From Fonticula alba ATCC 38817 (lineage: Eukaryota > Protista > Nucleariida): a DNA stretch of 64,000 bases. The position numbers and the translations under genes are program-made. Shown here in pieces: positions 1-12,789 of this stretch (its first letter is position 1; each line of letters begins with the position of its first letter). The notes beneath the pieces were generated by a model. That model was not told the DNA's origin. It saw only the letters and a program-made list of their open reading frames with translations, and searched no databases. Location of the stretch: assembly GCA_000388065.2 (NCBI GenBank), contig KB932202.1. One strand, written 5' to 3'.

Positions 1-850
1 GGGGGGGGAGCGCTTGCGAGGCGACCGGGTGCACCCTGGCGAACGGCCCATGGCAGTGCTATGTCTCGCTATTTATCCCCCCCCCCCCCCTCGCCCCCTC
101 CCCATAGGTCCCGGCCTCCCTCTCTCCAGACACGCACCCAGGGATGCCCGCCAGATTGCCCTCTGGTGGGAGGCCGACAAGCGCCATGATCATGCCACCT
201 GTGCCCGCATGCACGCCCTCACAAGGAACACCATTCCAGCACATGACCTGTGCGTGGGCACCAGCGCGCCGTTTTTCGGCCCCGATTTCGAATTAGCCCC
301 CTCTAGCTGCCCCCGCGGCCGCGCCAGCGCACCAGGCATTTTCGCGCCACCACGGCTAGTTGTGCGTGCCCTCGCCCTGACGCATGCGCGCACGCTCGCG
401 CGGTGCCTCCGCCCCTCCGCTGGGCGCCCCCAGCATCCCCCCCNNNNNNNNNNNNNNNNNNNNNNNNNNNNNNNNNNNNNNNNNNNNNNNNNNNNNNNNN
501 NNNNNNNNNNNNNNNNNNNNNNNNNNNNNNNNNNNNNNNNNNNNNNNNNNNNNNNNNNNNNNNNNNNNNNNNNNNNNNNNNNNNNNNNNNNNNNNNNNNN
601 NNNNNNNNNNNNNNNNNNNNNNNNNNNNNNNNNNNNNNNNNNNNNNNNNNNNNNNNNNNNNNNNNNNNNNNNNNNNNNNNNNNNNNNNNNNNNNNNNNNN
701 NNNNNNNNNNNNNNNNNNNNNNNNNNNNNNNNNNNNNNNNNNNNNNNNNNNNNNNNNNNNNNNNNNNNNNNNNNNNNNNNNNNNNNNNNNNNNNNNNNNN
801 NNNNNNNNNNNNNNNNNNNNNNNNNNNCCCCCCCACCCCCTCCGGCCACG

Positions 851-3800
851 ATGTCGCGATCCAGCTCCCGCATCGACGAGGTCGCCTTCCTCGACCGCAT
901 CACCAAGCTCGCGGACACCTGGCGGGTACCGTTCCCTCACGATCTTGCCCTTTTTTTTTCCCCGCTTGAATTGCCGCCCCGCGCCGCCCCGATCAGGATG
1001 TCCAGCGCCCATTTTTCCGTCCAATTTCTAATCCCCGCCCCCTCCCGCGCCCGCCCCCGCGCAGAGCCACCCGGAGCTCTTCAACCACGCTTCGCAGTTG
1101 GTGGTCATTGTCGGCAAGAATGACTCCAACAATGACAACGACCTGGACGGCTTCGAGACCGGTCTCGGCGGTGACTCTGGCGAGAAGATGCAGCTGACTC
1201 AGCGCGCCTCGGCCATGCACGTGCGTCGCTCTTCCTCTCTCTCTCTCTCTCGCCTCTCGCCGCGAATCGGCCCTCTGTCTCGCATGCTCCCCTCTGACTG
1301 CCTTCTCGTGGTGCGCCAACAGCACTGGCTCTTCGGCTATGAGGTCCTCAACACGCTGCTCATTTTCTCCCTCACCAATGAGGAGGAGTCCCACACTTCG
1401 GTCGGCCTCAATCTGGAGATCGTCTGCAGCAACCGCCTCGGTACGCGCATACCACCCCCCCCCCCTCCCCCCTCTTCTCCCTTTCTCCGTCCCCCTCTCC
1501 CCTCCCTCTCTTGGCCCCCCTTTGGCCCAGCTCACCCGGTGGATCGGATCCCTCCTCTCCTTCTCGTCCTCCTTTCAGCCGCCTTCTTCAATGGCATCCC
1601 CCCCGATGTTGCCAGCCGGTGCAATCTCGTTGTGCGCGGCTTCGACACCACTCAGTCGCCGCTGGACCAGCTGTCCGAGGCGGCCAGCGCCCTCTTCGAG
1701 CGCGTCTCCACCGTGGCCGAGGTGCGTGTGCCTGTCGCCATCTCACCCCGGCTCTCCTGTCGGGTCGCCTGCCCGGCCTTTTCCCGATCGGCCTTTCTCC
1801 CTCCCCCGCCGATGTTTGCCCTGCTGACTGGGTCCCTCCCTTGCAGATTGCCGTCCTCCCGAGCGGCCGTTCGGAGAGCAACTTCTCCGCCGCCTGGAAG
1901 GAGGCGCTCACCACGGCCGGCAACGCGCGCAACCTCAAGTTCAGCCTGAACACCGCGCCCACCTTCGCCGATGGCCTGGCCGAGGCCATGATCCCCAAGG
2001 ACAACACCGAGATGGACAACATCCGCTCTGCCGCCACCGTGGCCGGGGCCTCCATGCGTGCGGTGGTCTTCCGGCGCCTCTACTCCTATGCGGATCGCGG
2101 CCGCGCGGTCACCCACGAGGCTTTCGGGGCCAGCCTTGATCAGTTCCTCGAGGAGCCCACGGAGAATCTCCTGGAGGAGCTTCGCGTTGAGAGCACTGTG
2201 CGTCTTTCCTCGGCCCTGTGCTCCTGCCCTTCCTTCCCCATCCCCCTGCGGTCTTTTCTTCCGGGCTCAGCTGCTGGTGGTCCCCCCGCCCTTCTTTTCT
2301 TTGTTTCCTTACACAGATGCTTCCCCCTCGCCCACCCTCCTTTGATTGACTCTCCCGCCGGCGCTTCCCACCACAGATTGATGCGGACTTCCTCGAGCTC
2401 GGCCACATGACCACCGTCCTGTCTGGCCCTTCGACTGCCCGGCAATCGACCCTTGTCAAGGGCTGGCCTGGTCCTCCGGGCCTGGAACCGACCCAGCGCC
2501 TGCGCGACACGGCCGGTTCCTGTGTGTCGGTGGCCCTGACCATGCGCTACCGAAACTACTGTGCCCCGGTGGCGCGTACCTTCCTCTTCAGCCCTTCTCA
2601 GGTGTGTTCGGCGAACTTGCTGCCCCCCCCCCCGCCTCTTCTTCGATCGCGTGTCCGGCCTTACACTGGCAATTCCCCCTCGCCCCCCCCCCACCTCGGA
2701 ACAGGACCAATCCGATGACTATGAGGCTCTGCTGGCCCTGCGCCGTCATCTGCTGGTCAATCTCCTGACGCCGGGGGCCAAGCTGGCACACATCTACCGC
2801 GCGGCCAAGAACTTTGTCGAGGCTCGCCGGCCGGGGCGTTCGCAGTACCTTTCCCCGGTGCTGGGGTTCATGACGGGGCTACGCTTCCGCGAGTCGGAGT
2901 TCACCATTTCCGAGAGCACCCCCGACCATGTTACCCTCCAGGCCTCAGCCAATCTCTGCCTTTCGCTGAGCTTCGTGGATGTTCCCTTCGCTTCGGCGGA
3001 CAGCCGGTGGTACCTTGCCCGCTTCTTGCCCAGTCTTTCTGCGCGCCCCCGGTCGTCTGCCTGGACTTCCTCGCCCCCCCTCCCCCCCCCCCCTTTCTCT
3101 CACCTCCCCCTTCCCCCCTCCTGTCACAGCTACTCCCTCTACCTGGTGGACACGGTGGCCATCTTCCGGAAGCCTGTGCAGCCGGCTTCGCCGCTGGCGG
3201 CGGCCATCCTGGCGCCTCTGCACTCGGACGGCCCGGACGCCGCGGCACCGATGGCCTTGCATGCACATGTCTTGACCTTCCGCGCCCCATGGCGCCTGCG
3301 TGACATCATCCTGCATGTGGTCGATGAGCAGGGCGGCTCCGGGGCTGGGGCCGGCTCCAAGCCCGAATCCGAGGACGAGGGCCCGCGCACGCGTGCCGGC
3401 GCCGCCGGGCGTCGGTCCATCCTGATGGAGGACCGCCTCCGGAGTTCCGAGGGGGTGCGCCTGCTTGGTCCTTCGCGGCCCACTCTTGGCACCTCTGCCG
3501 CCGCCGCCGCCGCCGCCGCCGGCCCCTTTCTCGCGTTGCTCCTTTCTTCCCAATGGCTCGGCCTTTTCGAGCCGCTCGCACCCCCTCGCCCAGTACCTGA
3601 CCCTGACTGCCGTCCATTCAGATGTCTCGCGAGGAGCAGCGCCAGCTCGTCCAGAAGGAGCTCTTCAACCGCATGCAGGAGCAGGGTAAAATCCGCCAGG
3701 AGGCCGCCCACTCGAAGGACGGCTACTCGGAGGGCGGTAACTCGGCCACCGAGCTCCGCAAGTACGAGGCCTACCGCGACGAGTCGCAGATCCCGCCCGA

Positions 3801-5005
3801 TCGCCAGTACCGGCGGATTTTCATCGACCGTCGGGCCGACGCTGTGGTCCTGCCGATCTTCGGCTTGGCGGTCCCCTTCCACCTGTCCACCATCCGGTCG
3901 ACCACCCTTTCAGCGGCCGCCGAGTCTGGCTTCCTCCAGCTGCGCATCAACTTTGCCACGCCCGGGCAGACCGTCAGCAAGCGCGAGGTCATGGTGCGCA
4001 CCGGGTGACCGTCCACTCTGCCCTCCTTCTCCCTGTTGCTGATGTCCTCCTCCGGTGTCTCTCTCTCTCTCTCTCTCTCTCTCGCTCTCCCTCTCCCTCC
4101 TGCCATCTTGCCTTGCTGACTCGCCCGCCTTGCACCTGTGCTCGCCCTGCCAACCACCAGACGTACATGCCGCCAAACCAGACCTACATCCGGGAGCTGA
4201 CCTTCCGTGCGCCCGAGCCGGCAGACAATCTGCGCCACATCAGCGATGATATCAAGAATGCGCGCCGGGCCTTTGTTGAGCGGTGCGTCGTCCCCCATCT
4301 CTGCCGGCTGTGCCACCCCGCCATCCTGTTCCACACTCCCTCAAAGCTGACCATCTCCCTTGTTACTCTGCCTGCCAGTGAGATCGAAAAGCGCGATCGC
4401 GAGCACCTCATTGATCAGGAGCAGCTGAAGCTCATTGGTGCGTTTGACGGTTTATTCTCTCTCTCTCTGTCTCTCTCTGTCTCTCTCTTTCTCGCTCTCT
4501 CTCTCCCTTTCTCTCCCTTTCTCTCCCTCTCTCTCCCTCTCTCTCTCCCTCTCTCTCCCTCTCCCTCTCTCTCCCTCTCTCTCCCTCTCCCTCTCTCTCC
4601 CTCTCTCTCCCTCTCCCTCTCTCTCCCTCTCTCTCCCTCTCCCTCTCTCTCCCTCTCCCTCCCTCTCCCTCTCTCTCCCTCTCTCTCTTCCTCCCCTCCT
4701 TGTTTGCCCTCTTCCCTGGTTGCCCCCATCAGCCCCACCACTGACTCCTCCCCCTCAGATGGCCGCGTTCCTGTGCTGGATGGCATCCGCATTCGCCCGA
4801 GCCTTGGGCCTGTCCGCGGTGGCGGCGGTGATGCCGGGTCCCTGCAGATCCATGCCAACGGCATCCGGTTCCGGTCTCGCGCCCAGGGCCATGTTGGTAT
4901 GTGGTGCCCCGCCCGTCCCTCTTCTTGCCTGGACCCCCGCCCCGCCCCGCCCCGCCCCGCCCCACCCCCAAGCTCACGCTCTCTCTGTCCCTGTCCCTGT
5001 CTCTG

Positions 5006-5051
<46 letters not shown>

Positions 5052-6622
5052 CCCCTGTCTCGCCCCGTCTCTCCGGCTCGGACCACCCCCAGACATCACC
5101 TTCGCCAACATCAAGCACATGATCTTCCAGCCGTCCGAGGGCGAGCAGGTGGTGATCCTGCACTTCCACCTGCGCCATGCGATCATCATCGGCCGCAAGA
5201 AGACGGTCGACGTGCAGTTCTACTACGAGGTGGTCACCGTGAACTATGATGACGTGACGTCGGCCTCCTCTTCGCGGCGTCTTGGCGCTGGCGCCTCGGC
5301 TCAGAGCGAGGCCGAGCTCGAACGCATGGAGCGCCGTCAGCGCCTGATCAAGGACCGCGAGTTTGACAAGTTCGCCGATCGAATCTCCCGGCAGGTGCGC
5401 GCCTCGGTGTTTTTCCCCGTCCCCCCTCCGATGGGGACATCCCCTTTCTCCTGCTGACTTGTCTCCCCGCCTCGCTCGCCTTGTGGAATTGCGGCCACCC
5501 GGATGGCACGATGACAGAGCAACGGCGCGGTCAAGGTCGACACGCCCATTCGAAACCTGGCATTTTCGGGTGTCCCCTTCCGCGCGAATGTCCTCATGCA
5601 GCCGACCTCCTACACGCTGATGCACATCACCGAGGCGCCGTACTTCATTGTCACCCTGGAGGAGGTGGAGCTCGTCTATTTCGAGCGCATTACCGTGCGT
5701 GTGGGGGCCTGTGCCCTGTCGTGGCTGCCCATGCTCGGGCCTCCTGCTTGCCCTCCCATCTCCCCGGCATACTTACCTCGCTTCGCTCGCCTTGCGCGGT
5801 TCCCCGTGTGAGCAGTTTGGGCTCCGGAATTTCGACATGGTCTTCATCTTCAAGGACTATGCCCGGCCGCCGGTCCGCGTGTCGGTCATCCCGGTGCAGC
5901 AGCTGGAGGACATCCGCAACTGGCTGACGTGCGTGGCTGCCGGCCTCCGGGCCAGCCCCCCCCCCCCCACTTGTGCTTCAGCATGCTTGGCGTCCATGCC
6001 CCCTGCCACTGACCCCCCCCCCGTTGTACCCTTTCGTTGCGCTGTGCCCCCCACAGCACGTGTGAGATTCCTTTCCTCGATGGCCGCGTGAACCTCAACT
6101 GGAACCAGGTCATGCGCAACGTCCGCGAGCCTTACTTCTTCCAGGACGGCGGCTGGTCCATCTTGGTCGAGGGTTCCGTATGTGTCGTCTCCGTTCTTTT
6201 CTTCCTCTCTCTCTCCCTCCCCCTCCTTTGTTCGTCCCGCTGCCTGCGCGATCCTATCACTAACAGGAGCCCGATGTGTGTGGCTTGTCTCGTGCCTTGC
6301 CCCCCCCCCCCCCCACCACCACCAACACCACCACCACAGGACTCCGAGGAGGAGGAGGTTGACAGTGGCCCGGAGTTTATTCCCGTACGTTGGTTACCCC
6401 CTTTGCCTGGTTCTTGCCACCCCCGGGCGCCCGCTAATCCTCCCCACCATCCATGCCCCCTTCTTTGTACTCCTGCCCGCCAGTCCGATGCATCCTCTTC
6501 CGAGTCGGACTACAGCTCAGAGGACGACGCTTCCGAGGAGTCGGACTTTTCCGAAGAGGAGGACTCCGGTTCGGAGTCCGAGTACGACGACTCCGAGGAG
6601 GAGTCGGAATCTGACGACGACT
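851..6622 (+). CDS. SPT16: FACT complex subunit SPT16 (multi-exon; acidic C-terminus runs into the N-gap 6647-7072, so the 3' end is missing)
   Basis: About 18 exons with canonical GT-AG junctions (e.g. 851-925, 1065-1220, 1323-1440, 3622-3993, 5518-5695, 6059-6174). Spliced peptides carry SPT16 hallmarks: HWLFGYE, RYRNYCAPVARTFL, IFIDRRADAVVLPIFG, LRINFATPG, YIRELTFR, LQIHANGIRF, DITFANIKHMIFQP, ILHFHLRHAIIIGRKKTVDVQFY, FSGVPFRANVLMQPT, RNFDMVFIFKDY, NLNWNQVMR, FFQDGGWSIL, then a D/E/S-rich tail. Confidence 0.95.
4445..4690 (+). repeat. Compound (CT)n/CCCTCT microsatellite in an SPT16 intron
   Basis: About 245 nt of almost pure C/T dinucleotide-based repeat. Similar tracts at about 24527-24690 and 5000-5050. 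Confidence 0.9.
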
Positions 6623-6646
6623 GTGCGTGCAATCCCCCCCCCCCCC

Positions 6647-7072
6647 NNNNNNNNNNNNNNNNNNNNNNNNNNNNNNNNNNNNNNNNNNNNNNNNNNNNNN
6701 NNNNNNNNNNNNNNNNNNNNNNNNNNNNNNNNNNNNNNNNNNNNNNNNNNNNNNNNNNNNNNNNNNNNNNNNNNNNNNNNNNNNNNNNNNNNNNNNNNNN
6801 NNNNNNNNNNNNNNNNNNNNNNNNNNNNNNNNNNNNNNNNNNNNNNNNNNNNNNNNNNNNNNNNNNNNNNNNNNNNNNNNNNNNNNNNNNNNNNNNNNNN
6901 NNNNNNNNNNNNNNNNNNNNNNNNNNNNNNNNNNNNNNNNNNNNNNNNNNNNNNNNNNNNNNNNNNNNNNNNNNNNNNNNNNNNNNNNNNNNNNNNNNNN
7001 NNNNNNNNNNNNNNNNNNNNNNNNNNNNNNNNNNNNNNNNNNNNNNNNNNNNNNNNNNNNNNNNNNNNNNNN
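6647..7072. other. Assembly gap hiding the SPT16 3' end
   Basis: N-run. Other gaps at 444-828, 7749-8042, 14885-14963, 46172-46349, 47077-47212, about 54978-55072 and 56202-56246. Confidence 0.99.
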
Positions 7073-8352
7073 CCCCAAGAGAGAGAGAGAGAGAGCCTGC
7101 CAATGCAGCTCTTGTGGCATGCACAAAAAAAACACCCCTATGCCACCAAAATACACACCCCGGCCACATATTAGTCATATGATTCGCGTACACGTGCGGG
7201 GACGTGACACCGCGAGATTGGCAGCTGCCGTGTTCCAGCCGCCGCAACCGCGAGCCTGTGGTTTTCTTCACGACGACCGCCGATTCGGGGTGTGTCGGAT
7301 TTCACTTCGGTCCGAGGTGCGACCTTTGCGTATGTCCCCCCGCCCCCCGCCACTCGCCCTGCGTCCCGGACCGCACACCCTCTGGACCTGGTACCCTTCG
7401 CCCGTACGCATCCCCGGAGGAGAAGCAGGGGGCGGCAACAGAGCCCGGGGGAACAACCAGGAGGGTGTTCCCGGCCGGAGGGCAGGGCTCATCGTGGCGG
7501 GTCCACAGGCGGGCCAGAGCCGAGGCACGCGCACCCGTGCAGCAATCATAACAATGACCCGGCGGCGTGGGGACGGCAGGGGATGTGTTCTCCTGACCCC
7601 CCCCCCCAGCCCTTCGGCGGCCGGGCGTGCGAGCACCTGCGCGGACCTGGGGGCATGATGACTGGGGTCTTCCGGGGCCCTCCAACTTTCGGCCTTGGAG
7701 GCGGCCGTGTCCTCTTCCAGTGTTCGCTTGTGTTGGCCCACTGCCCCGNNNNNNNNNNNNNNNNNNNNNNNNNNNNNNNNNNNNNNNNNNNNNNNNNNNN
7801 NNNNNNNNNNNNNNNNNNNNNNNNNNNNNNNNNNNNNNNNNNNNNNNNNNNNNNNNNNNNNNNNNNNNNNNNNNNNNNNNNNNNNNNNNNNNNNNNNNNN
7901 NNNNNNNNNNNNNNNNNNNNNNNNNNNNNNNNNNNNNNNNNNNNNNNNNNNNNNNNNNNNNNNNNNNNNNNNNNNNNNNNNNNNNNNNNNNNNNNNNNNN
8001 NNNNNNNNNNNNNNNNNNNNNNNNNNNNNNNNNNNNNNNNNNCCGCCCCCGCCCCCGCCCGCGCCCCCGGCCCAGGCGGTGGCTTTGTATTATTTTCTGG
8101 CTTTCCCCCGCTGGGCCCCTCGCGCACCTGGAACCAGACCCGGTCCCTCGGGGCGCCCTGCCCGGTCGGCCCGGCGGTGGGATCTCACCTTTCGGGTGGC
8201 CTGCTGGACCGGGGGCGCCGAGGTCCCAAGCAGCCTCGCCTCCCGCCTCCCGCCTCGCGCTCTCTCTCTCCCTCTCTCTCTCCCCCTCCCTCCCCTCTCC
8301 TCCCTCCTCTCCGCCTGGCCCCCTCCCTTCTCCCCCTATCCGCCCCCCAATC

Positions 8353-8537
8353 ATGGACTTCCACGACGACCACGACGAGACTGTCCTCGCCTGGGGCGAT
8401 GCCGGTGCCCCGGTCCACCACCACCTCTACATGGATGAGGGCGTTGATGGCGCCTTCGACCAGGAGGCCATCCTCCCGACCGACGGCCACCCGACCGACC
8501 CGGTGCCCGAGGTGTGTTTCCCTCCTCCCCCCCCGCC

Positions 8538-8574
<37 letters not shown>

Positions 8575-11117
8575 CCTCCCTCCCTCCCTCGCTCTTTCTC
8601 GGCGGCTCTCTCCTCACTTTCTGACCGATGGCTCGCTCCTCTTTTTCCTCCCTCCCGCCGGAGCAGCTCCTCGATGACCCCTTCGGCACCATCCCCACCT
8701 CCCAGCTCCATACTGGCTCGGACAGCGGGATCCCGACGGTCGAGAGCGCCTCCCCGGTGGCGACTCGGACTCCGGGGTCGCCGACCGGCGCCGAGGCCAG
8801 CTCCTCGCGGCTGACCATCAGCTCCTCGGCTTCCGGGGCCGAGGGCCCCATCTCCCCCCTGACCGCCGCCGGTCCTGGCGGAAAGTCCACCTCCATGATG
8901 GCCGACTTCGCCACCAGCCCGATCCCCCCGCCCGTGGCCACTGGCGAGTGCACCAACCCGGACCTGGTCATTGTTGTCGACCAGCCTCAGCGCCACGGCG
9001 AGGGCATGGACAACTACACCTCCTACCTGGTGACGACCACGGTGCGTCCTTGTGCAGCCTGCTTGCCGCTGCCGGTGGCCCCGGCTTTTGTTCTTGCCTT
9101 TTTCCGCCCTCGTTCCATCCCCCTTCCCCCCCCCCCCCCCCCCCCTCCCCGCCCCTCACTGTGTGCGCGCGCTAACCTCGCGCACACAGACCACCATGCG
9201 CGAGTTCGCTCGGCAGACCGTGTCCGTTCGCCGGCGCTACGGGGACTTCGTCTGGCTGGCGGCGCGCCTGCGCCATGCGCACCCGACTGCCATCCTCCCC
9301 CCCCTGCCGGAGAAGAGCCGGCGCGCCTACCTCGACCGCATGCAGCCGGCCTTTGTCGAGCGCCGCCGGGCGGCCCTGCAGCGCTTTATGAACCGCTGCG
9401 CCTCGCACCCTGGCATCTGTACCTCGCAGTGGCTGCGTCTTTTCCTGGAGGCCCCGCGCGCCGTACGTCTCGTCGCTTTCCCTCCTCCGGCTTCTCGTCA
9501 CAATGCGATCCCCCTCTGCGAGCACTTGCCATCTGCCCGTCCGACAACTCACCAACTTTCTGTGCGCACGCACCTGCCAATCCGCCCGCCCATCTATGTA
9601 GGAGCTGGAGACCCGGATTCAAAGCTCTAAGATCCCTAAGGATGACATCTATGATGTGGTTCTCAACGGTACCTCCCCGATCACCCTCCTTCTCCTCCCC
9701 CTTCTCCCCCTTCTCCTCTTTCTCCCCCTTCTCCTCTTTCTCCCCCTTCTCCCCTTTCTCCCCCTCCCTCTCCTTCTCTCCCTCCTCTTTCTCCCAGACG
9801 CGCCGGCCGCGCACTGATCTCCCTCCGCCCCCCCCCCTTCCCACTTTCTCCCCCTCCCCCCTCCTCCTCACACACACATACATACACACGCACACACATT
9901 TTCCCTCTCGTCCCGGACTCTAACCTCCCCAGTCCGTGACATCATCTACGATGTGCTAGCCCTCTCAAAGACCGAGAACCCCGACCCCCGGTTCGTGCCC
10001 CACCACGAGTACCTTGCCGACCTGCAGCAGGCCCTCAGCAACCTGGAGAAGCTGTATTCCCGTCTGCAGAAGAAGCATCTGGACCTGGCGGCCGACCACT
10101 ACGACTTCGGCTCCATCCTGACCCTGATGGCCGAGGAGGAGCGTGATGCTCCGCGCCCGGCCGGGGCCGACCTCGCTCCCGGCTCCTCGTCGTCCGGCCA
10201 CCAGGACAACACCCTCAGCTCCTTCTCGGCTGGGGCCGAGCCTCGTGAGCCTGGGACCTACTCGATCGGCAGCTTCCCGCCGGCTTCCGGCCCTGTGGCC
10301 GCCGCGGTTTTCCGCACCATGGCCGCGGCCGAGGAGGCCTTCTCCATCGTGCAGAAGGACTTTGTGGAGTATGTCGAGCGGAACTTCATCGAGCAGATCC
10401 ACGACTACATGCTTTACTGCTACACCATTCGCGATGTGCTGAAGTCCCGCGAGCAGCGCCAGATCGATATGGAGGAGCTGGCCGAAATCTCCCAGGAGCT
10501 GGCCGACAAGTATGAGGAGCTCAAGAACCCGGATGCCCCGGCCAGCACCTCCAGCTGGCTTTCTTCCCTCTCGTGCGTTCCCCCCTCCCCCCCCATACCA
10601 TGTGTGATGTTCGCCAGACCCCCTGCCCCTGGCCATTCCCGGCTCCCTTCCCCGTGTGCGGCCACTGACATGCTCTTCCGATGTGGCCCCCCGCTTGTGC
10701 CAGTGGCGAGAGCAAGGAGACTCGTGCCACCAAGATCGGAGAAAAGCTCTCCCAGGTGCGTCTCTTCCCCCTGCATGCTCCTTTTCCATGCCGGCCATCC
10801 ACGGCTCAGCTCTCCTTGCCCTGGGTGCCCGCTCGACTGACACATCCACACTGGCGCACGTGCACCCGCGCGTACCCCGCGCCCGCCCACAGGTCCAGCA
10901 GGAGGCGCAGACTGCCTCGGAGATCCACTCGCAGTTTGCGCAGCTGGCTCTGGTGGAGCTCGAGCAAATCGGCCTCCAGCGTAGCCAGGATTTCACTGCC
11001 CTCCTGCGCAACTATGTCCAGGCCCAGGTTTCGCTCCTGCGCTCTGGTCGCTCGATCTATGCCACGGCCCTGGAGAAGATCAAGGCCTACACCTCGGGCG
11101 ACCTGCCCGCCGAGTGA
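8353..11117 (+). CDS. Sorting nexin, PX + BAR domains (SNX4/Atg24-like)
   Basis: ATG 8353, TGA 11115-11117. PX motifs: YTSYLVTT, VRRRYGDFVWL, ILPPLPEK, FVERRRAALQRFMNRCASHP. Helical BAR region: PDPRF...LSNLEKLYSRL...DYDFG-like segment, EQIHDYMLYCYTIRDVLKSREQRQ. Subfamily assigned from remembered motifs only. Confidence 0.88.
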
Positions 11118-11901
11118 GCGACCCCGTCTCCGCCCTTCCCCCCCCCTCCCCATCCCTCTGATCTTTCCCATTTCCACCTTTTGCTGCTGGCGGATCTCCG
11201 GTGTGTTCCTGTCTTTCAGCCTGGCCGACCCCGACATCCCCGCTCCCCCCCCCCCCCCCCCCGCTCCCGATGTGCTCCTCTTTCCCTCGATACACCCTTT
11301 CCTTTTTTCTTCTTCCTTTTTGGGCGTGCCAGTGTCCTTTTCCGGCCATTTATTCTTGTTCTTGTGGCGGGCTCTCTGCGTGGGAATGAGAAGCCGTGTG
11401 GATGTGTGGATGTGCAGCCTTTCGTGCACATCCAGACATCTGCATGCGCACCACTGGTCGGGGGGGGGGGGGGGGGGGGGTAGCAGATTGCAGGGGGGTG
11501 GGGGCGGAGGGGGGGGGTGCCTGGGGGAGAGAGGGGGGGAGGGGGGGGGGGGGGGGCGGTATGAGCTTCTCAGGGAAGGGAGCGAGCACGGAAGTGCTCC
11601 TGCGAGCGAAGGGGCGGAAAGGGCGGGAGGGAATGGCGAAGCAGGCAAACACGTCCGGGATCTGGGGCTGTGTCGCGGCAGGCCGGTCAGACACCGGACC
11701 ACGCACATGCTCCTGGCAAGTCTCGCGGAACCGGCTCCTTGCCCTGCCCTTCTCCCCGCCGTGCCGTGTGGCACTTGTCTGCTTCCTCGCCGTGACAGCT
11801 CTCCGTGATTCAGCTCACCCTCATGAATGCCTCCCTGTGACCCTGTCACACAATGTGGGCACGTGTCGGTCTTATTTTTTGCAATGGAGGGGAAAACCCA
11901 A

Positions 11902-12726
11902 CTACAGAGCAGAGCAGAGCAGGGCAGGGCAGAGAGGAACGGCGGCCGGAAGGAGTGTTTCTCCATGAAACAGCCGCCCCACATCTCCGGACCCGTGCTG
12001 CTTCCTGTGCTCCCGTCCCCTGCCCCCCCCCCCTTGACCAGTTCTCTCTCGTAACACCGCCGACACAAACGTGGCCTGCGCTTTCCTGGTGGTATTCCGC
12101 AAGTGCACATGGCGGCGCATGGGAGGGGAGGAGGGGGAGTGGGGGGAGGAGGGATGGGGCGAGGGGGGGCGGGGGCGTGCCGGGGGACGGAGAGGCTGCT
12201 TACCGTCCGAGCAGGCCCTCGTCGCCACGTTCGATGTGCACCACATAGGCATGGTCCTTGGGGAAGACCACGGTGTCACCATCCCGGAGCTCCAGGCGGT
12301 CGTCTCGGACAAGTACAAAGATAGCCGTCTGAGGTGGCGAGGGCTCGCGCACGGTCCACGACTGGGACAGCTGCCCCTGGCCGGTGACCGAGGAAAACTC
12401 CACCGGCGCGGGGTCCGGCGCGCCGCCCCACCACCACCAGTGTGCCGCGGCCGAGGCATTCGAGGGCGAGCTGAGGTCCGGCATGCCGATGGGGGGGCCG
12501 CCGTTTTGCCCGGCGGCCGCCACCTGGGCCGCAGCCGACTTGGCCCCGGCCACCACCGCGCTGCCCAGCATCCCGGCCGGGTTGGATGTCAACTGCGAAT
12601 ATGACCGCGGGTTGACCAGGGAGCTGCTGGAAGGCAATGACCGGTACACCTTGGTCGGGTTGGAGCCGAACAGGCGCAGGGTGACCTTTCGCCGGGGGAA
12701 GGACTCGAGCACAATCTCGGCTGACA

Positions 12727-12789
<63 letters not shown>

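Noticed and set aside
5769-5778. ATACTTACCT, identical to the U1 snRNA 5' end
   Set aside because: It lies inside a ~120-nt SPT16 intron, and nothing downstream resembles the U1 stem-loops or Sm site.
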